Positions 10,039 through 18,830 of a stretch of DNA of 64,000 bases are shown here, piece by piece. The notes beneath the pieces are model-generated. The model saw nothing but the letters and a program-made list of their open reading frames with translations, made no database searches and was not told where the DNA came from. Each line of letters opens with the position of its first letter. Position 1 is the first letter of the stretch. The position numbers and the translations under genes were made by a program. Origin of the DNA: Actinomycetota bacterium (GTDB lineage Bacteria; Actinomycetota; Acidimicrobiia; Acidimicrobiales; CADCSY01); NCBI GenBank assembly GCA_004366205.1, contig SIRW01000054.1, positions 7,990-71,989 on the forward strand, given 5' to 3'.

Positions 10039-11256
10039 TCAACGCTCGGGGGCGAGCGAGGAGGCCGGCGCCCGGCGCCCCGACAGCAGCGGGCTGGTCG
10101 CCACGAACGCCGAGGCCCCGGCGAGCAGCACGAGCCCGGCGACGAGCCCGCCGGCGGCGGACACCCAGCCGATGAGCACGGGCCCGACGACGAAGCCGAG
10201 GTAGCCGATCGACAGCATCCCGCCGACGACGGCCGCGGGACGGGACGCACCCTGGCTCGCGTGGGCGAGCAGCAGCGGCCAGCACAGCGAGATGCCGCCG
10301 GCGGCGAGCACGAGCCCGGCGCCGGCGGTCACCGGGCCCGGGCTGACCGCGAGGAGCACGAAGCCGGCCGCCGCCGCGGTGGCGCCGGCCGCCACGCCCC
10401 GGCCCGCCCCGCGCCGCGACGCCACCGGACCCAGCACCACCCGCGTGAGCGCGGCGACCGTGTAGGCGAACGCCGCGCTCGTCGCACCCAGCGCCAGGCC
10501 CTCGGCGAAGTGCGTGCGCAGGAACAGGACGCCCCACAGGTCGATGCCGCCCTCCACCATCGACCCGGCGGCGAACGCCAGCGCCACCAGCAGCAGGCCC
10601 CGTCGCCGGAGCAGCGTGACGGCGCCGTGCAGCGGCACCCGGCCCCCGGCACCGGTGGCCGGCAGGGCGGTGCGGGCCGCCCAGACCGCCACCGGCACGG
10701 CGGCGACGGCCACGCCCACCCACCACCAGCGCCACGACGCCCCGGCGGCCACCGCCAGTCCCATCCCGCCGGCGCCGGCGGCCGCCCCGGTGTTGAACAG
10801 GGCATGGAACCGCACGAGGGCCCCGGGCCGGCGGGCCAGCCGGGCGGTGGCGGCGACGTTCATGGCCGTGTCGACGAGCCCGCCGAGGGTCACGACCACC
10901 ACGAGCGCGACGGCCAGGGCCAGCGGGTGCCCGCTGAGGGCCGCCACGACGAGCAGCACCGCCCACGTGCCGAGCGCGCGGCTGAGCACGGTTGACGTGC
11001 CCCAGCGCTCGGTGAGGGCGCCGCCGACGGCGTTGGCGACGGCAGCCCCGGCGAGAGCGAGCGACAGGAGGGTGCCGAGGCCGCCGTGCGAGCGGCCGAG
11101 GTCGACCTGCAGGTCGGCCACCGCCACGGCGAACCCGCCCCAGAACAGGCCGAACAGCGCGAAGGAGGCGGCGACGGGCAACAGGGGGGACCACCGGAGC
11201 GCAGCCGCACCGCGGGCGTCGACGCCCGGCGGTTGGGGGGCGTTCACGGGGTGCAT
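10039..11256 (-). CDS. MFS transporter
   Basis: About 12 hydrophobic segments and an Ala/Gly/Leu-rich membrane profile. The start is set at MHPVN (11256) so as not to overlap the divergent hsp20; the track ORF extends to 11304. Confidence 0.7.
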   Translation of the reverse strand: MHPVNAPQPPGVDARGAAALRWSPLLPVAASFALFGLFWGGFAVAVADLQVDLGRSHGGLGTLLSLALAGAAVANAVGGALTERWGTSTVLSRALGTWAVLLVVAALSGHPLALAVALVVVVTLGGLVDTAMNVAATARLARRPGALVRFHALFNTGAAAGAGGMGLAVAAGASWRWWWVGVAVAAVPVAVWAARTALPATGAGGRVPLHGAVTLLRRRGLLLVALAFAAGSMVEGGIDLWGVLFLRTHFAEGLALGATSAAFAYTVAALTRVVLGPVASRRGAGRGVAAGATAAAAGFVLLAVSPGPVTAGAGLVLAAGGISLCWPLLLAHASQGASRPAAVVGGMLSIGYLGFVVGPVLIGWVSAAGGLVAGLVLLAGASAFVATSPLLSGRRAPASSLAPER

Positions 11257-11284
11257 TCTGGCGGGCGCGGGTACGTTCGCGGCC

Positions 11285-11671
11285 ATGACCAGCCAGCAGC
11301 CCACGCACCGCGAGGTCGTCGAGGCGACGGAGGCCGCCGAGGCGACGATGCGCCCCCAGCGGGTGCCCGTGAACGTCTACGAGACCTCCGAGTCGCTGGT
11401 GGTGGTCGCACCCCTTCCGGCGGTGCAGGCCGAGGACGTGCAGATCGAGCTGCGGCCGGGCCAGCTGCGGTTGTGGGCGCACCTCCGCAGCGCCGCCCCG
11501 CGCGACTACCTGCTCCACGAGTGGGACTACGGCGGCTACGAGCGCGAGCTCGACCTGCCCGCCGGCTACGGGGGCGCCGCCGAGGCCAGCCTGGCCAACG
11601 GCCAGCTGGCCATCCGCGTCCACAAGGGCGAGACCACCGAAACCGTCCGCCTGCAGCCCGCTGCCGGCTGA
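11285..11671 (+). CDS. Hsp20/alpha-crystallin family small heat-shock protein
   Basis: ATG at 11285 within track ORF 10514..11671. Alpha-crystallin domain pattern: PVNVYETSESLVVVAPLPAV..EDVQIEL...YERELDLP....A.L.NG.L.I.... Confidence 0.75.
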   Translation: MTSQQPTHREVVEATEAAEATMRPQRVPVNVYETSESLVVVAPLPAVQAEDVQIELRPGQLRLWAHLRSAAPRDYLLHEWDYGGYERELDLPAGYGGAAEASLANGQLAIRVHKGETTETVRLQPAAG

Positions 11672-11703
11672 GCCCGTCGGCGCCGCGCCGGCGCCCGGCG
11701 GGC
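11672..11703. terminator. GC-rich hairpin between convergent genes (candidate bidirectional terminator)
   Basis: GCCCGTCGGCGCC / GGCGCCCGGCGGGC form a stem of about 13 bp with one bulge and a 5-nt loop. It sits immediately after the hsp20 stop and 20 nt from the deaminase-like stop. There is no U-tract. Confidence 0.3.
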
Positions 11704-11723
11704 GAGCGGCGGGCGCAGCACGG

Positions 11724-12380
11724 TCAGACCAGGTGCTTCCAGAGGCGGTGGACCACGCCCGCCAACGGCAGCGACTTCGCCTTGGCGGCGGTGAGCAGGC
11801 CGCTGTCGCGCACGGCCTCGGCCCGGGCGAGCAGCTCGGGATCGTACTGGCGGTGGGCGGCCACGACGTGACCGTCGGGGTTCACCCGCAGGTACAGCTC
11901 GAGGTTGAGGACGCCTGCGAGCACCCCGAAGGGCCCGGGCAGCGGGCCCTCGACCACGAGGGGGCGGCGAAGGGCGTGGGGGCTGAGCACGGTAAGGCCC
12001 GCCGAGCCGCTGTAGGCGTCCGGTGCGGCGAAGCGGACGGCGCCGACGGTGGCCGCCGAGGCAGCGCCGAGGCAGAGCGCGCAGGGCTCGAGGGTGGCGT
12101 AGACGGTCAGGTCCTCGTGCCGCTCGTAGGCGTCGAGGGAAGCGAGGGCGTTGACCACCGCGTGGCTCAGCACGCTGCGGCTGAGACCCACCGTGCCGTT
12201 GTCGTCGAACACGTGGTTGCGGGCCCGACCGACGATGCGGTTCCGGCCGTCCACGACGACGGCGGCCTCGGGCATCGTGCCGCTCCGGTAGGCCTCCCAG
12301 GCCAGCTCGAGCGCGAGGCGCCAGGGGGCGTCCAGCGCCTCCCATGCCTTCTTCCCCTTCGAGGCGAGCGTCATCGCCAT
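11724..12380 (-). CDS. CMP/dCMP (cytidine/tRNA-adenosine) deaminase-fold protein with HAV instead of HAE
   Basis: Zinc motifs SHAVVNA ... PCALC are at canonical spacing. The catalytic Glu position is Val. Confidence 0.7.
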   Translation of the reverse strand: MAMTLASKGKKAWEALDAPWRLALELAWEAYRSGTMPEAAVVVDGRNRIVGRARNHVFDDNGTVGLSRSVLSHAVVNALASLDAYERHEDLTVYATLEPCALCLGAASAATVGAVRFAAPDAYSGSAGLTVLSPHALRRPLVVEGPLPGPFGVLAGVLNLELYLRVNPDGHVVAAHRQYDPELLARAEAVRDSGLLTAAKAKSLPLAGVVHRLWKHLV

Positions 12381-12425
12381 TGCTGGACAGTATCGGCAGA
12401 ACGCCCCTTGGGCTGAGGATCTTCT

Positions 12426-13340
12426 CTAGCCGGGCAGGAGGGACAGAGCGAGCCCGTCGAGGATGTCGGCTTCCGACACGAGGCACTCGTCGAGGTCGAA
12501 GTACCGCAGGATGCCCACGAGGATGCAGCAGCCGCCGACGATGACGTCGGCGCGCGCCTCCTCGAGGCCGGGGTTGTGGATGCGGTCGGCGCGGGCCTCG
12601 GTGGCGAGGGTGCGGAACACGTCCTCGGCCGCGGCGCGCGTCAGCCGGAAGTGGTGGATGGCGTCGCGGTCGTACTCAGGGAGGCCGATCTCGACGGCGG
12701 CGACGGTGGTGACGGTGCCCGCCAGCCCGACCATGCGGGCCACGTCGAGCGACTGGGGGATCTCGCGGGCGACGTCCTCGAGGTGCGCCTCGACCACCGA
12801 GAGGGCGGCGCTCAGCTCCTCGGGGCTGGGCGGGTCGCCGTGCAGGAATCGCTCGGTCAGCCGCACGCAGCCCATGTCGACCGACAGCACCCCGTCGGGC
12901 TCGCCGGTGCCGACGGCGAACTCCGTCGAGCCGCCCCCGATGTCCACGACCAGGAACGGCCCGTCGGCGGGATCGAGCTCGGAGACCGCGCCGATGAACG
13001 AGAGGCGGGCCTCCTCGGCGCCGGTGAGCGTCTCGAGCTCGGCGCCGAGCAGCTCGGCGGCGCGGTCGAGGAACCGGCCGGGGTGGGCGGCGTCACGCAC
13101 AGCGGAGGTCGCCGTGGCCCGCACCCGCCCCACGCCGTGGCGGTCCATGACGTCGCGGTAGCGTCGCAGGGCGTCGAGCGTGCGCTCGACTGCGCCCGGC
13201 GCCAGGTCACCGGTGGCGTCCACGCCCTCACCCAGGCGCGTGATCGTCATGAGGCGCTCGACCGTCCGGCCGGCGGCGTCCTTCACGAGCAGCCGGGTCG
13301 AGTTCGTGCCGCAGTCGACGGCCGCGACGGCGTCAGGCAC
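12426..13340 (-). CDS. ppx: exopolyphosphatase / Ppx-GppA family phosphatase
   Basis: GTG at 13340 overlaps the DUF501 stop by 8 nt. ASKHA motifs AAVDCGTNSTRLLV and VVDIGGGSTEF are present. Confidence 0.85.
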   Translation of the reverse strand: MPDAVAAVDCGTNSTRLLVKDAAGRTVERLMTITRLGEGVDATGDLAPGAVERTLDALRRYRDVMDRHGVGRVRATATSAVRDAAHPGRFLDRAAELLGAELETLTGAEEARLSFIGAVSELDPADGPFLVVDIGGGSTEFAVGTGEPDGVLSVDMGCVRLTERFLHGDPPSPEELSAALSVVEAHLEDVAREIPQSLDVARMVGLAGTVTTVAAVEIGLPEYDRDAIHHFRLTRAAAEDVFRTLATEARADRIHNPGLEEARADVIVGGCCILVGILRYFDLDECLVSEADILDGLALSLLPG

Positions 13341-13842
13341 CGTCCCGTCCTCCTCCGCTTCGGCGGTCGCCGGCGGCGGCGCCACGCCGGGTGAGGCGGT
13401 CGTGCACCCAGCGCCCGACCGGGTCGTCGCCACCGGCGAGGTGCCAGGCGTAGTGGGCGTGCAGGCACTTGACCCCTCGCCGGGTCCCGCCCACCCCACC
13501 GGACGGGCGGGGCCCGACGTGCCCGGGCGGCAGGGCGGCGTCGCGCTCGGCGGCGTAGCGGGCGTGGGCGGCGGCGAGCTCGGCGGGGTCGACGGCCGCC
13601 TCGGCCGCCGCCACCCCGCCGGCCGACTCCAGCCGGCTCACGGCCTCACGCTCGGCGACCCCCACCAGCCAGTAGCGGGTCGGCATCGGCGTCCCGTCAT
13701 CGAGGAGGGGGGCGTTGCGGATCACGACCGGTTCCCCCCGGTCGCTCCGCACGACGACCTCGAACGCCCCCCGCGGCGTCCGCCCCAGCAGCCGGGCGAC
13801 CACGGCCCGCTCAGCGAGGGTCGCCCCCGCCGGCTGGCTCAC
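13333..13842 (-). CDS. DUF501 domain-containing protein
   Basis: GTG at 13842 within track ORF 13333..14589. Conserved PTRYWLV and VKCLHAHYAWHLAGGDDPVG blocks are present. The position immediately upstream of ppx matches other Actinobacteria. Confidence 0.75.
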   Translation of the reverse strand: MSQPAGATLAERAVVARLLGRTPRGAFEVVVRSDRGEPVVIRNAPLLDDGTPMPTRYWLVGVAEREAVSRLESAGGVAAAEAAVDPAELAAAHARYAAERDAALPPGHVGPRPSGGVGGTRRGVKCLHAHYAWHLAGGDDPVGRWVHDRLTRRGAAAGDRRSGGGRDGA

Positions 13843-13893
13843 CCCCGCCTGTCCTCCCCCCGCTCCGGCACGCACCCCCAGACCCCCTCCCCG

Positions 13894-14018
13894 GCGCGTT
13901 TTATCGATTCGTTGACCGATTCGGCGACCGATTCGACGACCGATTCGACGACCGATTCGACGACCGATTCGGTGAACGATTCGGTGAACGATTCGGTGGG
14001 TGAATCGATAAAACGCGC
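13894..14018. repeat. 8 x 12-bp direct-repeat array bracketed by a perfect 17-bp inverted repeat
   Basis: GCGCGTTTTATCGATTC (13894-13910) is the exact reverse complement of GAATCGATAAAACGCGC (14002-14018). Between them are units at 13905, 13917, 13929, 13941, 13953, 13965, 13977 and 13989: CGATTCGTTGAC, CGATTCGGCGAC, 3x CGATTCGACGAC, 2x CGATTCGGTGAA, CGATTCGGTGGG. Confidence 0.95.
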
Positions 14019-14053
14019 GGGGGCGCGGGTGGAGTGGAAGGAGGTCGGAGCGG

Positions 14054-15001
14054 TCACGAGCGGCGGCGGTGACGGCGACGGCGGCGGCGGCGGAGCAGCA
14101 GGAGGACCACCAGCACGGCGATGGCGATGGGCGCGGCGCGCTTGGCGACTGGGATGCCGGCGCTCTCGAGGAGGTCGACGGGCGTCGCCTCGGGGCTGTC
14201 GATGCGCCGCACCCCAGGCCCGGCGGCCGTGGCGCTGGCCTCGGGCGCTGGCGCGGTGGCGGCGGTGCCGCCGGCAGGGGGCGTCGTGGCGGCGGCCGAC
14301 GCGGGGGTGCCCGTGGCGCCGTGGCCGGTGGGACCGTCGGTGGGGGCCGCCGGCGCTCCAGCGGTACCCGTGGCGGTGGCGGTCGTGGCGGACGTCGGGG
14401 CTTCGGTGGCGCCGGGGGCGGACGGGGTCGCATCTGCGGCGGCGGCGGCGTCGGCGGTGCCCCCGTCGCCTCCGGCTTCCTGGCCGGCCGCCTCGGCCGC
14501 AGCGCGGTCGCCGGGACGCGGCGGCCCGGCGCCGGGCGCTTCGGCACCGGCGGGTCCAGAGGCGAGCACGTCCTGCTCGAGGCACGCAACGAACTGCCCG
14601 AGCAGCTTGGCGCTCACGTCGGCGAGCACGCCGCGGCCGAACTGGGCGACCTTGCCGGTGACGGTCAGGTCGGTGTGCACCCGCACCTTGGTGCCGCCGC
14701 CGGCGGGCTCGAGGGTGGCGGTGATGGTCGCCGAGGCGTTGCCTTGACCGCGGGTGTCCCGCCCCTCGGCGCGCAGCACCGCCTTGTGAGCGACGTCGTC
14801 GCGCTCGACGAAGGTGGCGGCGCCCTTGTACTGGGCGGTGATGGGACCGACCTTCACCTTCACGATGCCGCGGTACTCCTCACCCTCGACCTCTTGCAGC
14901 TGGGCGCCGGGCATGCAGGGGGCGATGCGCTCGATGTCGGTGAGGACCTCCCACGCCTGCTCGACGGGCACCGGCACGGTGAAGTCGTTGGTCAGCTCCA
15001 T
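14054..15001 (-). CDS. coxG: CoxG-like SRPBCC protein with low-complexity linker and C-terminal membrane anchor
   Basis: ATG at 15001 (MELTNDFTVPVPVEQAWEVL...), followed by an SRPBCC/CoxG N-domain of about 150 aa. Next comes about 140 aa of Ala/Thr/Pro/Gly-rich sequence, then the hydrophobic IAIAVLVVLLLL segment and a poly-Arg tail. Confidence 0.75.
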   Translation of the reverse strand: MELTNDFTVPVPVEQAWEVLTDIERIAPCMPGAQLQEVEGEEYRGIVKVKVGPITAQYKGAATFVERDDVAHKAVLRAEGRDTRGQGNASATITATLEPAGGGTKVRVHTDLTVTGKVAQFGRGVLADVSAKLLGQFVACLEQDVLASGPAGAEAPGAGPPRPGDRAAAEAAGQEAGGDGGTADAAAAADATPSAPGATEAPTSATTATATGTAGAPAAPTDGPTGHGATGTPASAAATTPPAGGTAATAPAPEASATAAGPGVRRIDSPEATPVDLLESAGIPVAKRAAPIAIAVLVVLLLLRRRRRRRHRRRS

Positions 15002-15549
15002 CGCTCGAGATCCTCCGCGGTGTCGATGTCGACGGGGTCGCCCTGGCACGCTACCCGCTCGACCAGCTCCGGCCTCCGGCGCATGAGCACCCGGGCGCCC
15101 TCGTCGCCCTCGCGCGGCAACTCGGCCCACACCGAGCGGGCGAGCCGCACCGGGTTGCGGGGACCGGACGCATAGGTCGCGACCGCGACCGGGGCGCGGC
15201 TCGCCGCCACCGCCCGCCACGCGGCAGCCGGGACGAGCGGCTGATCACCCAGTCCGACGACGATCGCCTCGTACCCGTGGGCGGCGGCGTCGTCGACGGC
15301 GACGGCCAGCGACGTGGCCTGACCCTCGGCCCATCGAGGGTTGGCGATCAGGCGGGCGCCCTCGGGCACGACGCCGGCCACGTCGACGGCGCCGGTGACG
15401 ACGACGGTCTCGTCGAGGCCGGCGTCGAGGGCCTGGCGCACCGCCCACCACACGAGCGGCCGGCCCCGGAACGGCGCCAGCAGCTTCGGTGTCGTCCCGG
15501 CGAACCGGGCGCCTCCCCCGGCCGCCAGCACAACCGCCGCCACGCTCAC
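14992..15549 (-). CDS. MobA/MocA-like nucleotidyltransferase (molybdenum cofactor cytidylyltransferase family)
   Basis: GTG at 15549 (VSVAAVVLAAGGGARF). LAAGxGxRF and VGLGDQP blocks are present. The upstream 36 codons of the track ORF run through the repeat elements and are rejected. Confidence 0.7.
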   Translation of the reverse strand: MSVAAVVLAAGGGARFAGTTPKLLAPFRGRPLVWWAVRQALDAGLDETVVVTGAVDVAGVVPEGARLIANPRWAEGQATSLAVAVDDAAAHGYEAIVVGLGDQPLVPAAAWRAVAASRAPVAVATYASGPRNPVRLARSVWAELPREGDEGARVLMRRRPELVERVACQGDPVDIDTAEDLERWS

Positions 15550-15559
15550 GCCGCGCTCT

Positions 15560-15682
15560 GACTTTCCGGACCCCGGGCGCCCCATGCGAGCATCCCGCGT
15601 CCGGAAAGCGCTGGCAGCACCGGCGCGCCGCGACTTTCCGGACCCCGCGCGCCCCATGCGAGCATCCCGCGTCCGGAAAGCG
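15560..15682. repeat. two tandem copies of a 51-nt palindromic intergenic element (family 1)
   Basis: 15560-15610 and 15632-15682 are identical except at one base (period 72). Each has a 10-bp stem CTTTCCGGAC/GTCCGGAAAG around a 27-nt loop containing CATGCGAGC. Confidence 0.9.
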
Positions 15683-15700
15683 ACAGGGGCGGGGCCGTGC

Positions 15701-16567
15701 TCACGCCGGGGCCGGGCCGGAGCGGGCGTGGATGGGCCCGTCGGTGTCGCGCAGCGACGGCACGGCGCCCCCCTTGCCGCTGCGCAGGGCGATGATCTCA
15801 GCGACGATCGACACCGCCGTCTCCTCGGGCGTGCGGGCGCCGATGTCGAGCCCGATCGGCGCCATCACCCGGGCCAGCCCGGCGTCGTCCACCCCCGCCT
15901 CCCGCAGGCGCTCCACCCGCTCGGCGTGCGTCCGGCGCGAGCCCATCGCCCCGAGGTACCCCACGTCGGTGGCCAGGGCGCCCACGATGGCCGGGACGTC
16001 GAACTTGTGGTCGTGCGTGAGCACGCAGACGGCGTCACGCGGGCCCAGCTGCGGGCCGACCTCGGCGAGCAGCCGGTCGGGCCAGTCCACCCGCACCTCG
16101 TCGGCCTCGGGGAACCGGCGCGCAGTGGCGAACACCTCGCGGGCGTCGCACACCGTCACGCGGTAGCCGAGCACCTTGGCCACGCGCACGAGCGCGGCGG
16201 TGAAGTCGACGGCGCCGAACACGAGCATCTGCGGCGGCGGGGCGAACGACTCGACGAACACCGCGACGTCGTCCATGCGGGCCTGACCCTGCGGGCCGTA
16301 GTGGCGGACACCGGTGCGCCCGGCTTCGAGCTCGGCGAGCGCGTCGCGCGCCACCACCCGGTCGAGGTCGGGATCACCGAGTGACCCGAGCGGCTCGGCG
16401 CCGGGCTCGACCAGCAGCTTGGCGCCCGGCGACGCTCCTGCGACGACCGTGGCGAGGGCGACGGGCCGCTCGGCCCGCAGGGCGTCGCGCAGCGCCTCGT
16501 AGAGCACGCCACGATCCTCGCGCGCCGCCGGCGCGTAGGGTGCGGTGCCGTGAGCATCCTCGGTCAT
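15701..16567 (-). CDS. XdhC/CoxI family molybdoenzyme maturation protein
   Basis: N-terminal XdhC_CoxI block (ALATVV...GS.PG.K.LV) and a Rossmann-like C-domain (LVFGAVDFTAALVRVAK..GY.VTVCD). The start is uncertain: ATG 16567 overlaps the divergent gene by 18 nt, and the alternative is GTG 16507. Confidence 0.75.
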   Translation of the reverse strand: MTEDAHGTAPYAPAAREDRGVLYEALRDALRAERPVALATVVAGASPGAKLLVEPGAEPLGSLGDPDLDRVVARDALAELEAGRTGVRHYGPQGQARMDDVAVFVESFAPPPQMLVFGAVDFTAALVRVAKVLGYRVTVCDAREVFATARRFPEADEVRVDWPDRLLAEVGPQLGPRDAVCVLTHDHKFDVPAIVGALATDVGYLGAMGSRRTHAERVERLREAGVDDAGLARVMAPIGLDIGARTPEETAVSIVAEIIALRSGKGGAVPSLRDTDGPIHARSGPAPA

Positions 16568-18811
16568 GCCGTCCCCCGCATCGAGGACCCCCGGTTCCTC
16601 ACCGGCGCCGGGCGCTTCGTCGCCAACCTCGAGCTGCCCGGGGCGGCTGCCGCCGCCTTCGTGCGCTCCACGATCGCCCACGCCCGCATCGCCGGCGTCG
16701 ACGCCAGCGAGGCCCGGTCCGCGCCCGGGGTGCTCGCCGTCTTCACCGCCGCCGACGTCGACCTCGAACCGGCGCCGCCGGACATGGAGATCCTCGACCA
16801 GCGCATGGTCCGCCCCTGGCTCGCCGCGGACGTCGTGCGCTTCGTCGGTGAGCCCGTCGCCGTGGTCGTGGCCGAGACCGCCGCTGCGGCCGAGGACGCC
16901 GCCGAGCTCGTCTGGGTCGACTACGACCCGCTCCCCGCCGTCATCGACCCGGTCGAGGCGCTCGAGGACGAGGTCCTCGTCCACGCGGATGCCGGCACCA
17001 ACGTGGCGTTCCGCCTGCCCGCCGGGCGCCACACGGTTGACTTCGACGACTGCGAGGTGGTCGTCACCGAGCGGATCGTCAACTGCCGGGTGGCGGCGTG
17101 CCCGCTGGAGGGACGGGCGGCGGCAGCCGAGTGGGGTGACGACGGCCGGCTCACGCTGTGGCTCTCGACCCAGGGCAGCCACCCGGCCCGCGACGCCGCC
17201 GCCAAGGCGCTCGGCCTGTCACCCGAGCAGGTGCGCGTGATCGTGCCCGACGTCGGCGGCGGGTTCGGCGCGAAGGGCTCGGCATCGCCCGAGGAGCTCT
17301 TGGTGGGCTGGGTCGCCCGGGCGGTGGGCCGGCCCGTGCGCTGGATCGAGAACCGAACCGAGTCGATGCTGGCCCTGGGTCACGGCCGCGCCCAGATCCA
17401 GGACGTCACGATCGGCGGGCGGCGCGACGGCACCGTCGAGCGCTACCGGCTGCACGTCCTGCAGGACGCCGGCGCCTACCCCCGCATCGGCGCCGTGCTG
17501 CCCTGGATGACCCGCACCATGTTGAGCGGCGTGTACGCCTTCCCCAAGGTGGAGTTCGAGTCGCGCTCGGTGGCGACCAACACCGCGCCCACGGTGGCCT
17601 ACCGGGGTGCGGGCCGGCCCGAGGCCGCCGCTGCCGTCGAGCGGGCGATGGACCTGTTCGCCGCCGAGATCGGCATGGATCCAGCCGAGGTGCGCCGCCG
17701 CAACCTCGTGCCGGCCGGCGCCTTCCCCTACAAGACGGCGGTCGGCACCACCTACGACAGCGGCGACTACGAGGGCGCCCTCGACCGCCTGCTCGAAGCG
17801 GCCGGCTACGACGAGCTTCGGGCCGAGCAGCAGCGACGGCGCAGAGCGGGCGACCGCCGGCGCCTGGGCATCGGCCTGTCGATCTACGTGGAGATCACCG
17901 CCGGCGGCGGCAGCGAGGAGCACGGCTCGGTCGAGGTCCGCCCCGACGGCAGCGTGCTGGCCCGCACGGGCACGACGCCCTACGGCCAGGGCCACGCCAC
18001 CGCCTGGGCGATGCTGATCAGCGACCGCCTCGGCATCCCCCTCGAGCGCATCGAGGTCGAGCACGGCGACAGCGACTTCTTCCCGACGGGCACGGTCACC
18101 GGCGGGTCCCGGTCCCTGCAGATCGGCGGTGTCGCCATCAGTCACGCCGCCGGCGCCGTCGCCGATCGGGCCCGCCAGATCGCCGCCGACCTGCTCGAGG
18201 CCGCGCCCGACGACGTCGTGATCGACCGCGACCAGGGCACGTTCCACGTCGCGGGCACGCCCGCCGTGAGCCGGACGTGGGCCGAGGTGGCGGCCGCGGC
18301 CGGCGAGGACGGTCTGCGCGAGCAGGCCACGTTCGAGTCGGCCGGTGCCACGTTCCCGTTCGGCGCCCACCTGGCGGTCGTCGAGGTGGACACCGACACC
18401 GGCCACGTCGAGCTCACCCGGCTGGTGGCCGTGGACGACGCGGGCACGATCCTCAACCCGCTGCTGGCCGCCGGCCAGATCCACGGCGGCCTGGCCCAGG
18501 GCGCGGCCCAGGCCCTGTGGGAGGAGTTCGTCTACGACGCCGACGGCAACCCGCTGACCTCGACGCTCGCCGAGTACGCCTTCCCCACCGCAGTCGAGCT
18601 GCCCGCCTTCGAGCGCGTCCCGATGGAGACACCCACGCCGCTGAACGAGCTGGGCGCCAAGGGCATCGGCGAGTCGGGCACGGTCGGGGCCACCCCCGCC
18701 GTGCAGAACGCCGTGGTCGACGCCCTCGCCGACCTCGGCGTGCGCCATGTCGACATGCCTGCCACCCCCGAGCGCGTGTGGCGCGCCATTCGCGCCGCCG
18801 CCGGTTCGTGA
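16550..18811 (+). CDS. molybdopterin-binding large subunit, xanthine dehydrogenase/CoxL family (form-II type, orphan copy 1)
   Basis: 753-aa ORF. It has N-terminal [10 protein letters not shown], the active-site loop [11 protein letters not shown], and GGGFG, GQGH and GESG blocks. There are no adjacent small or medium subunit genes. Confidence 0.85.
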   Translation: MSILGHAVPRIEDPRFLTGAGRFVANLELPGAAAAAFVRSTIAHARIAGVDASEARSAPGVLAVFTAADVDLEPAPPDMEILDQRMVRPWLAADVVRFVGEPVAVVVAETAAAAEDAAELVWVDYDPLPAVIDPVEALEDEVLVHADAGTNVAFRLPAGRHTVDFDDCEVVVTERIVNCRVAACPLEGRAAAAEWGDDGRLTLWLSTQGSHPARDAAAKALGLSPEQVRVIVPDVGGGFGAKGSASPEELLVGWVARAVGRPVRWIENRTESMLALGHGRAQIQDVTIGGRRDGTVERYRLHVLQDAGAYPRIGAVLPWMTRTMLSGVYAFPKVEFESRSVATNTAPTVAYRGAGRPEAAAAVERAMDLFAAEIGMDPAEVRRRNLVPAGAFPYKTAVGTTYDSGDYEGALDRLLEAAGYDELRAEQQRRRRAGDRRRLGIGLSIYVEITAGGGSEEHGSVEVRPDGSVLARTGTTPYGQGHATAWAMLISDRLGIPLERIEVEHGDSDFFPTGTVTGGSRSLQIGGVAISHAAGAVADRARQIAADLLEAAPDDVVIDRDQGTFHVAGTPAVSRTWAEVAAAAGEDGLREQATFESAGATFPFGAHLAVVEVDTDTGHVELTRLVAVDDAGTILNPLLAAGQIHGGLAQGAAQALWEEFVYDADGNPLTSTLAEYAFPTAVELPAFERVPMETPTPLNELGAKGIGESGTVGATPAVQNAVVDALADLGVRHVDMPATPERVWRAIRAAAGS

Positions 18812-18830
18812 GGGTCGGGGCGCCGCCCCG

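Noticed and set aside
13894-14018. The 12-mer array interpreted as a CRISPR array.
   Set aside because: The repeats are only 12 bp and directly abut one another with no spacers. There are no cas genes in the window.
13894-14018. The 12-mer array interpreted as a coding tetrapeptide repeat (DSTT / ESVV / GRRI frames), including a possible N-terminal extension of DUF501.
   Set aside because: All three frames are open only because of GC richness. No plausible start or RBS lies upstream. The flanking inverted repeat and the drop in GC argue for non-coding DNA. DUF501 homology begins well downstream, at the GTG at 13842.
13180-14661. The 493-aa plus-strand ORF, and ORF 13839..14585(-), both of which are very rich in Arg/Pro.
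   Set aside because: They are alternate-frame or antisense translations of ppx, DUF501, the repeat array and the low-complexity coxG linker. They have no independent support.
15550-15657. An N-terminal extension of the mocA-like ORF containing 'GSGKS' twice, which looks like a Walker A motif.
   Set aside because: The peptide is simply the translation of the two family-1 palindromic repeats. The nucleotidyltransferase motif LAAGGGARF starts right after the GTG at 15549.
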